DNA of 14,528 nucleotides. Origin: Chlorokybus atmophyticus. Lineage: Eukaryota; Plantae; Mesostigma and Chlorokybus algae. A model generated the notes under the pieces. It had not been told where the DNA came from, did no database searches, and saw only the letters and a list, made by a program, of their open reading frames with translations. Location: contig RHPI01002451.1 of assembly GCA_009103225.1 (NCBI GenBank), forward strand, positions 1 through 14,528, written 5' to 3'. The position numbers and the translations under genes were made by a program. Numbering within the stretch: the stretch's first letter is position 1; the number at the start of each line of letters is the position of its first letter. Shown here in pieces: positions 1 to 7,674 of the stretch.

Positions 1-112
1 CTGGTCCCTTACGCTGAGGAGGTCTGTTCTTCCCCCTGTAGCCTTGCTCTTCCTTGCGAACACTGGCGTTGTTGTTGTTGTTACTACCCCCAGCGTTGTT
101 GCTGTTGTGGGC
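1..112 (-). pseudogene. In-frame continuation of Gag copy 1 beyond the TGA
   Basis: After the TGA the same frame reads AHNSNNAGGSNNNNNASVRKEEQGYRGKNRPPQRKGP to the window edge. This matches GYRGKNNPPKQK in copy 2. Confidence 0.7.
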
Positions 113-1696
113 TCAAGTGTTGTTGCTATTGTAGCTACTGAAGTGGTTGCCAGTGTGGCCTCCAGTGTTGTTGCTGTTGTAGCCACTAAAGTTGTTGCCA
201 GTGTGGCCTCCAGTGTTGTTGCTGTTGTAGCCACCGGAGTAGTTGTGGTTGTAGCTGTTGGCGGGCCTCAACTCTGGGAACTTGAGCCAGCAGACTGACT
301 CCAAATGACCAGTCTTGTGACAGTGGTCGCAAACCAAAGTTGAGTATTCTTCGGTGCACTCCTTTTGGTAGTGCCCATGCCGTCCACAGCGATGACACAG
401 CACAGGGGCAGCAAGTGCAGCATGAGCTGACCGTTTCCCTTTGTCGCGTGCTGGTGGAGCGTCCCGGCCACGGTCGCGGCGAGGAGGCTCAGTTGTCGTG
501 CTGACTACAGGCCGTACGGCGCTGCGGTTGGTGTCCAGCACTGCCTTCTCATACACCAAGCGCTTGTGAATGGCTTGCGCAGTCTCGAAGGCTTCTTTGA
601 GGGTATAGCCAAGGGGCCTGCTGTAGTTCAGAGTCAGGCGTGTCGACTCGCTCAGAGCAGCATCCAACTCATTAACGTATATCACTGCAGCAGCCTCCTC
701 ACTGACAGTCTTGTACTCAGTGTCCTTCAGCAGACCTTCCAGTCTGATGTACAAGCGGAGGGGATCCTCATTGGGCTTGCGTCGGAAGCGTCTCAGCTCC
801 TCAACCTTGCTGGTGGTCTGAGGCGGGAATTCCGCACCTTTGAAGGTGCGGCGCAGGGCAGCGTACATGTCCTTGAGTGGAGAATCAGAGATGGCAGCAC
901 CTACGGAGATGGCTGGTGCGCGCAGTGCTACTGACCCGAGGGTGAAAGTACTGCCTCCTGCACGAGAGCCAGGTGTTGCTGGAGGTAGAGGAGTACCCCA
1001 CTCTGCGGCTGCCGCTTGCTGTACAGCTCTTTGTTCCTTAATGATTATGGCAGAACGGTCAAGGATGCGGACTCGACGTGTGGCCTCCTTGGACTTGACT
1101 TCTGCAGGGGTCAAGTTGACAAGTACCAACTCTGGTTCCTCCTCCTCTGCCTGCTTGAGAGCTGCAGCTATGGACAAGCCTGTTACTGCAACTGAAGTGG
1201 CAGGTGGAACAACACCTGCTGGACGGTGCAGAGATGCAGATGCTATGGTGCTGGCAAGCTCGCCATAGCCGTTTACTCGATGCAGTTCAGCAACGGACTT
1301 CCAGACATCGTGTGCTTCATGATCAAGATACTGAGCAGCAATGTGGAAAGAGATCTCATCTGACCAGTCTTTGTTCTTCAGAGCTTGCTGCCGCATCTTG
1401 GAGTGGAACTTGATGATGAACTCATCCAGCGAGGTGGTGCCGGCACGTCCGGAGAAGCGCAGGGATGTGGTTGAACTGGAAGATTCCATCTCGTTGTCGT
1501 CGCTGTCCGATGATAGTGGAGAAGCTTGATGACGAGGAGTAGAGTGGAGCGGGGTGAAGCTGGAGATGGAGCGCGAGCCTCTGCTGCTGCGGTCGATGCT
1601 CCCGTCACTGGTCCGCTCGTAGGTGAGGTTGGTGGTTGGGCTCCAACTGCTGAGGTCACCCTCGTCTATTGGGGAGAACGGGGTGGGCCTGCTCAT
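113..1696 (-). CDS. gag: LTR-retrotransposon Gag (capsid plus two CCHC zinc knuckles), family copy 1; TGA at 113-115 is probably premature
   Basis: 527-aa ORF. It has a capsid-like N-terminal motif (FSGRAGTTSLDEFIIKF...AAQYLDHEAHDVW), an MHR-like segment (ELRRFRRKPNEDPLRLYIRLEGLL), and knuckles CHRCGRHGHYQKEC (356-397) and CDHCHKTGHLESVC (290-331). It is collinear with the degraded paralog at 8149-10040. Confidence 0.85.
   Translation of the reverse strand: MSRPTPFSPIDEGDLSSWSPTTNLTYERTSDGSIDRSSRGSRSISSFTPLHSTPRHQASPLSSDSDDNEMESSSSTTSLRFSGRAGTTSLDEFIIKFHSKMRQQALKNKDWSDEISFHIAAQYLDHEAHDVWKSVAELHRVNGYGELASTIASASLHRPAGVVPPATSVAVTGLSIAAALKQAEEEEPELVLVNLTPAEVKSKEATRRVRILDRSAIIIKEQRAVQQAAAAEWGTPLPPATPGSRAGGSTFTLGSVALRAPAISVGAAISDSPLKDMYAALRRTFKGAEFPPQTTSKVEELRRFRRKPNEDPLRLYIRLEGLLKDTEYKTVSEEAAAVIYVNELDAALSESTRLTLNYSRPLGYTLKEAFETAQAIHKRLVYEKAVLDTNRSAVRPVVSTTTEPPRRDRGRDAPPARDKGKRSAHAALAAPVLCHRCGRHGHYQKECTEEYSTLVCDHCHKTGHLESVCWLKFPELRPANSYNHNYSGGYNSNNTGGHTGNNFSGYNSNNTGGHTGNHFSSYNSNNT
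116..233. repeat. 48-bp coding tandem repeat (about 2.5 units; YNSNNTGGHTGN[N/H]FS[G/S])
   Basis: Units start at 131 and 179 (gtagc[t/c]act[g/a]aagt[g/t]gttgccagtgtggcctccagtgttgttgctgtt), with a partial unit at 116-130. Confidence 0.9.
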
Positions 1697-1883
1697 ACAG
1701 CTGGTCCAGAGGTGAAAGGGTAGAGTGCTTGTGCTCTACCGTCTATCCTGATGCTGTTACCACCCAACACACTAGTGCTTGTGCGCACTATGTGATGACA
1801 ATGATAACGAATGCCCAGCGATGTATCCCTGGGTGCAGACTGCACTATCTGATGCAGATTGCAACACTCACTTGTGCAAAGAG

Positions 1884-1891
1884 GGTGACAC
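1884..1891 (-). promoter_or_regulatory. Putative self-priming PBS of copy 1 (sense GTGTCACC)
   Basis: It directly follows the LTR end ...GACTTACA. It does not start with TGG, so it is not a 3'-CCA tRNA PBS. It is complementary to sense GGTGACAC at 2217-2210. Confidence 0.65.
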
Positions 1892-2372
1892 TGTAAGTCA
1901 ACAAGCCACTACGATAGGTAGTGCTGTGGACACAGTTGTTTGCATGAGTGGATAGAATGATACACTGCTAAGTGAGGTGAATGGGTGTGCAACACGTGGA
2001 TACAACACCCTGACTACTGAAACAACACACCATCGTCAAGCTCACAGCAATGACAGGCACATCGCACAAGAGCATGCACCGTGTCGCACGCAGTAAGGGA
2101 ATTCTTGGCAACCGGGGCAGCGTGCTTCCAGTTCAAGTCGCTTCACAAGCTCTTTAGAAACAGAGTCTTTACTTCTTAGTACTTCTAGTACTCACAGTAC
2201 TCACATACAGTGTCACCAGCCAGTCTGGTGACGTGACTTCCTACTTATACATGTCAAATCATGACTGTGCAGTGCCACGCGGGCACTAGGCCAACGGTCA
2301 CATCGAGGCCTCATGCTATTTCGGAAATCTCCTAAGACTCGATATAGCACATGTGTTATTAACAAACTTACA
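1892..2372 (-). mobile_element. 5' LTR of Gag-family copy 1 (inner end at 1892; outer end uncertain, 2372 or about 2558)
   Basis: Starts TGTAAGT at 1892 with the perfect inverted ACTTACA at 2366-2372. It shows blockwise homology to 10261-10710. Homology to copy 2 continues to about 2520-2560, so U3 may be longer. Confidence 0.6.
2243..2249 (-). promoter_or_regulatory. TATA box of copy 1 LTR (TATAAGT)
   Basis: Lies 32 nt upstream of the GGTGACAC motif. Copy 2 has identical spacing. Confidence 0.6.
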
Positions 2373-2808
2373 ACTGATCAGCTACGCGCGGTCCCTACAG
2401 ACAGGTCTATAAAGTAGCCCTAGCTACATGCTACATGAGCGGTACAGTAGCTAGCAGTAGGCTGGGGCTCGCGCGGTCTTCATGCTGGTAGCCCGGGCGT
2501 GGGGCTGGGTGTAGGCATGCTCGAGAAGGACTGGCATGCGAGGGTAGATGGCATGACAAGGCGGATTGCAAGAGATGTTGGGCTGCGTTTTAGGAAGCAT
2601 CAACGGGAGCAGCCGCCACTCAACTACCAACTTGCAGTGGCTATCCTCATGCTCTATCTCCCAGACGAGCCTACCAAAAAGGTAACAGCTCTGTTGCCTT
2701 AAGTTGGTGAGTGACTGCATCAAGCAGCAACGCAGTGACCTTTGTGAAATTCAGCTAGCAAGACGGTGTTGACAGACTACTGCATGGCTGAAAATGAAAC
2801 TGGTTAAC

Positions 2809-2850
2809 GTAACTGGTCATCCTGTAACCGGTCATCCTGTAACTGGTCAT
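2809..2850. repeat. 15-bp tandem repeat, about 2.8 units (gtaa[c]yggtcatcct)
   Basis: gtaactggtcatcct / gtaaccggtcatcct / gtaactggtcat. Confidence 0.9.
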
Positions 2851-2928
2851 GATGCAGGTCCGAGGTTGGTTCAGGACTTTCGGCCAAACCACGAAGGATT
2901 GGGGTGACCTGAGTATCGCGAAAAGAAG

Positions 2929-3352
2929 TGTTGAAGGACTAGCATGCACATGTAGCTGAGGCAAGCATAGACACACAGAGACACAGCTACCGCCACCAGA
3001 GCATACACAAGTCACATCACATTCATCTATTACAAGTTGTCCGCTGGTTCTTATACCAGCCAGTTACACACACGTCTACGTTTGCAAGCACTGCGTAAGC
3101 TATACTCAGCCTTTTGACGCGCTCTAAGCTGCGTTGTCTTTCTTACAACCAGAGCTCTTTAACAAGCTCTTACACGCCTAATATGAGTAATTATATGCGG
3201 AGATACGAAGCAGTTAGTAAGGCTCTGGTCTGGAGTCCGGAGTCTGGTCCGACGACGCCATCTTGCTAAGTCCGGACCTAGTGCTCGTCCTTACGACCTT
3301 CTACTCCTGTGTGTAGGGTCGATGCTGATCGTATGTTGGAATACTCTCAACA
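2929..3352 (-). repeat. Copia 3' LTR, 424 bp, TGTTGA...TCAACA
   Basis: 6-bp terminal inverted repeats. The first 395 bp match 6935-7329 except for 2 C/T substitutions (3094 and 3111). Confidence 0.95.
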
Positions 3353-3361
3353 CTCCCACGC
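3353..3361 (-). promoter_or_regulatory. Copia polypurine tract (sense GCGTGGGAG, then TGTTGAG)
   Basis: Purine-rich run abutting the 3' LTR start. Confidence 0.7.
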
Positions 3362-3394
3362 GAGCAGCTTGACCTCCAACGCTTGCTCCTGTAG

Positions 3395-6300
3395 TCAAAA
3401 CTTGATGCCAACTGTTGCGCTCCCAGCAACATAGCGTAGTACTCCCTTTGCTGCTCTCCAGTGCTCCATGCTCGGTGCAGACATGTGGCGAGCAAGTACT
3501 CCCACAGCATGTGCAACATCGGGACGTGTGCACACTGCCAGATAGAGCATGCTGCCTACCAGCTCAACATATGGATACTGAGCCTTGTCGAGTACGTCCT
3601 CATCCTTTGCCTTGATGAGGGCAGTGCCAAGTGCCAACGGTGTGGTCTTAGTCTTCGCTTCAGTGAGCCCAAATTTGGGGACGAGTCTTCTCACCATCTG
3701 CTCCTGACTGATTTTGATTGTGCGTGCAGCCCTGTCGCGCTCAATCACCATGCCAATGAACTACTTGGCCTTTCCAAGGTCACGAACTGAGAATGCTTGC
3801 TGTAGAGCAAGTTTCGTCTCCTGCAAGTGGTGCACCTGCCTGGCGGTAATGATGATATCATCAACGTACACGAGCAGCCAGACCTTGTTGTCTGCATGGA
3901 TGAAGAGCCCAGGGTCTGCAGAGGATGCGGTGAAGCCAAGTGCCTCCAGCTCCTTGGTGAGCTTGATGTGCCACATACGCGGTGCCTGTCGCAGCCCGTA
4001 CAGTGCCTTGATCAGCTTGCACGCTGTGCCTCTCTCCCCTTCTTCATATCCAGGTGGTTGCTCGATGAAGATCTCCTCCTCCAGCTCTCCATACTGGAAG
4101 GCAGTTTTCACATCGAGGTAATGCAGCCCTAGGTCTTCAGCAGCAACCATAGCTAGCAGTGCACGAAAAGTGGTATGCTTACTTGCAGGCGCAAACACTT
4201 CGTTGAAGTCCACACCTTTCTGCTGCAAGAAGCCCTTTGCCACCAATCTTGCCTTGTAGCGCTCAATGTTGCCCTGACCATCACGCTTCACCTTGAAGAC
4301 CCATTTCACTGGAATGGTCTTCACTCCTTGCGGTAACTGCTCCAGTGACCAAGTGTTGTTGGCATGGAGTGACGCAATCTCCTCGTCCATAGCACGCTGC
4401 CATTGCTCCGCATCTGGTGCTAACAATGCCTCCTCGTAGGTGCTTGGCTCCTCATTCTGCACACTGGCGACGTGTGCCTTGTGTAAGAAGTCAGGTGCCT
4501 TTCTCTCCCTCACTGGGTATCTCCGAGCTGCGTGCTCCTGCTGCAGGTGCGACTGCTTGTCTGCTACAGTGGAGTCCTGCTCACCCTTATCGTCGATGAT
4601 GGCCTTGCCTGTAGCCTCCACTGTTTCAGGATGCTCCGGCTGTGCTTCATCTTCAGGAAAGAAGCCTGCTTCTGGTTGTGATAATCCCTCGTGGAAAACC
4701 ACCTCTCTGCTCACGATGATCTTCTGAGTGTCCTCGAGCAAGATCCTGTAAGCCTTGGAACCCGGTTCATAGCCAACGAAGATGCCCTTCTTGCTGACCG
4801 GCTCCAGCTTGTGCCTGAGCTGTTTAGGCACTAGTGCATATGCCGTGCATCCAAACACACGCATACCACTCACATCTGGTGTGGCTCCATAGAAGTGCTC
4901 CCACGGAGTCTTCTGCTCTGAGCTCACCGGAGACCTGTTGCGGATGTAGTTGGCAGTGAGTACCGCCTCCTTCCACAAACTGTCTTCCATCTTTGTGTCG
5001 TTGAGCATAGCTCGAACACGCTCCAAGAGTGTCCTGTTGAGGCGTTCAGCTGCTCCATTCTGCTGCGGGGTGTAGGGTGCCGTTGTCTCGTGGCGTATGC
5101 CCTTGCTGGCGAAGAACTCCTTCAACTCCTTGTTGATGTACTCCCCTCCTCGATCACTCCTCATTGCCTTCATCTTGTTGCCAGACTGGGTCTTCAACAA
5201 GGCCACAACTGTGCGCACAGCTCCAGCAACTTCTGACTTGAGCGTCAATGGAAAGATGATGGACAGCTTGCTGCTGTCGTCGAGGAATGTAGCAAAGTAC
5301 CTGGCCCCTCCCTTCGCCACAATGCGCATAGGGCCACAGACATCCATGTGCACAAGCTCGCAAGGATGCTAACTGCTAGAAGAGGATGATGGGAATGGCA
5401 TAGCATGCTGCTTTGCAACCATGCATGGTTCACAAAGTGCACCTGATGCATTCTTGAGTTCTTCTGTGCTGAGATGGATGCCCTTGACCATATTCTCAGC
5501 GACAAGGCGAGTGAGGTTGACGTAGATGAGATGCCCGAACCTTCGATGCCACAATGTTGGCGACTCCTTATCCTTCACCACCATGGCTTGAATGTCAATG
5601 TCTTTGGGGTGCTGCTCCACGTGGTAGAGCCCTCCCGGATCAGCGATTCCAACCATGTGCACGACCCCATCAAGGATGACTGTGCAGCCACCTTTCCGAA
5701 TTAGGATCTCCGCGCCTAAGCGCTCCGCAACCCTCACAGAGAATAGACTCGCAAGAGCCTTGGGAACATGCAGGACGTTGCGTAACAACACCTCGCGTAG
5801 TGTGTTACCAACCTTGCACTGGAGTCGTACATTGCCAACTCCCTCAGCCACCAGTACTTCGCCACCGAAGCCCGCCACCTTGGTTGTGGACGTCAGCTTC
5901 CTGTAGCCCTCCATCACCTCTTTGTTTGGTGTGAGATGACGATTGCAACTAGAGTCCACCACCCAGAAAGCTGTGCCCGCCCTCGAACTGAATGCAGTGA
6001 AGGCGACATGTTTCTCCTTGTGTTGGTGCTCGTTGCCGCTGTTGCTAGTGCTTGCTCTAGGTTGCCCCTGTTGTTTCTTCCTACAATCCTTCACAATGTG
6101 CCCCTTCCAACCACACCAGTGGCATGTGAGGTTTTTGTGACAAGGATTGCCTGGCTTGTTGCCCTTGTTCTTCTCTTCATGGTTGCTCTTCTTCCCGTGC
6201 TTGTTGGTGTAGAAGGCCACGGCATCAGCTTGCTTGTCCTTCTTCATCACCCTCTGCTCCACGGTGAGCAGCTTCGGTAGTACATCGTCCAGCGTCATCT

Positions 6301-6808
6301 CCGATGACCATGTCTCCAGCAGTGTTGCCACGACCTCGTACTCTGCTGGTAGCCCTGCAACAACAGCCAGCACAACCTCCGTCTCCCCCATGTTGTGGCC
6401 GACGTTGAAGAGGTCCGCCTACAGCTCTCTCACGCGTGCAACATACTTTGTGATGGGTTCTGCTGCCTCCTTTCTGAGTGCGCTCAGCTGCTTGCGTAGC
6501 TGCAACTTTCTGGCGTTGATCTTGGCTCTGAAAACGGCTGATAGCTTTTCCCAAGCTTGTCTACCATCTTCACATGCGGTGAGCATGGCAAAGAGATGCG
6601 GTTTGCTGTTCAACACAAGCAAAGAGTGTGCTTCTGCTGAATGCTCTGACCACACAGTGTTCGCTCCTGGTGTTGGTGGTGGTGCCTTCGGATCAACGTA
6701 CTTCCACACCTTTTTGTGGATGAACAAGGCCTTCATCTCCACGCACCATGTGTTGTAGTTGTCGGTGTCCAGCTTTGCAATCTGCCCCTTGTCGTAGGTC
6801 GCCTCCAT
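3395..6808 (-). pseudogene. pol: Copia gag-pol polyprotein in one frame, broken by 3 in-frame TAGs; RNase H absent
   Basis: Starts MEATYDKGQIAKLDTDNYNTW. Contains CCHC CHWCGWKGHIVKDC (6083-6124), protease WVVDSSC (5948-5956), integrase HHCC (LWHRRFGH...CEPC) with HMDVCGP/RSDRGGEY/NGAAERLN, and RT YKARLVAKG, LYGLRQAP and YVDD (3857-3868). TAGs are at 6419-6421, 5369-5371 and 3761-3763. The ORF-track pieces 6419-7021, 5369-6391, 3761-5353 and 3395-3751 are all in the same frame. Confidence 0.92.
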
Positions 6809-6920
6809 CTTTGTCGAGCCTGCCTTTCTTGCAGTTGACACCCAAGGCTCTGCTACCAACAAGCTACCGTAGTGTAGAACTACTATGCACACAGCTAGTC
6901 TCACACTCCTCAAGCGTAGT

Positions 6921-6934
6921 GTGGGCCCATAACC
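6921..6934 (-). promoter_or_regulatory. Copia PBS complementary to the anticodon region of initiator tRNA-Met (GGTTATGGGCCCAC)
   Basis: Immediately follows the 5' LTR end. This is the half-tRNA-iMet PBS type known from Drosophila copia, yeast Ty5 and Volvox Osser. Confidence 0.9.
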
Positions 6935-7329
6935 TGTTGAAGGACTAGCATGCACATGTAGCTGAGGCAAGCATAGACACACAGAGACACAGCTACCGCC
7001 ACCAGAGCATACACAAGTCACATCACATTCATCTATTACAAGTTGTCCGCTGGTTCTTATACCAGCCAGTTACACACACGTCTACGTTTGCAAGCACTGT
7101 GTAAGCTATACTCAGCTTTTTGACGCGCTCTAAGCTGCGTTGTCTTTCTTACAACCAGAGCTCTTTAACAAGCTCTTACACGCCTAATATGAGTAATTAT
7201 ATGCGGAGATACGAAGCAGTTAGTAAGGCTCTGGTCTGGAGTCCGGAGTCTGGTCCGACGACGCCATCTTGCTAAGTCCGGACCTAGTGCTCGTCCTTAC
7301 GACCTTCTACTCCTGTGTGTAGGGTCGAT
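6935..7329 (-). repeat. Copia 5' LTR, missing its outermost 29 bp
   Basis: Matches 2929-3323, then diverges after ...agggtcgat. The stretch gctgatcgtatgttggaatactctcaaca is absent. Confidence 0.92.
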
Positions 7330-7490
7330 CTCTTCAGTAGCGTTGTTGCTGATTGCAATGCTGAGTTAGCTAGATGCTAGCCTAGAACTGGTTGATTCTA
7401 CATTTGAATTTCAGCATTGCACATCATCTACCATTGTCACCACATGCATTGTGTACGCACGGAACCATGCATTATCAACAGATGCATACA

Positions 7491-7674
7491 ACACTTTGTT
7501 CAGGATCCGGCTTAAAACTATGGGACTCAGATTATGTTTAACTGCGACACTTCGTGCATACCGCAACCCACACTTTGTTCAGGATCTGGCATGAAACTTT
7601 GGGACTCAGTTTGTGTGCAACTACCACACTTCGTGCATACCGCAACCACAACTTTGTTCAGGATCTAGCATGAA
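7491..7674. repeat. 79-bp tandem repeat, about 2.3 units
   Basis: Units start at 7491, 7570 and 7649. Units 1 and 2 differ at 11 of 79 positions. Confidence 0.9.

Larger units (their letters stand above)
2929..7329 (-). mobile_element. Ty1/Copia LTR retrotransposon, Osser-like (half-tRNA primed), defective
   Basis: Two LTRs at an offset of 4006 bp, a PBS, a PPT, and domain order gag-PR-IN-RT. Confidence 0.95.

Noticed and set aside
113-115. Programmed stop read-through shared by both gag copies
   Set aside because: The stops are at non-homologous positions (before versus after GYRGKN) and are different codons.
44-298. Val/Ala-rich plus-strand ORF resembling a membrane protein
   Set aside because: It is the antisense shadow of the Asn-rich Gag repeat.
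1884-2217. DIRS/PAT-type terminal or internal complementary repeats as an explanation for the inverted match
   Set aside because: The match is short, sits at a TG...CA LTR end and at TATA+32, and no tyrosine recombinase or split direct repeats are visible. It cannot be fully excluded without the family's pol.
2451-2928. Possible degraded chromodomain upstream of the copy 1 LTR
   Set aside because: Only vague fragments (EHEDS, RYSGHPNPSW) in different frames, with no YLVKW or WEP motif.
3415-6758. Numerous plus-strand ORFs over the Copia region
   Set aside because: They are antisense to conserved gag-pol codons and show no independent motifs.
7328-7335. Helitron 5' end (A^TC) at the Copia LTR break
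   Set aside because: Only 2 bases of evidence. No hairpin-CTRR end followed by the missing LTR remainder was found in the window.
7491-7674. CRISPR-like look (about 40-bp constant part plus about 39-bp variable part)
   Set aside because: The 'spacers' are clearly homologous to each other, there are only about 2 units, no cas genes are present, and the context is eukaryotic.
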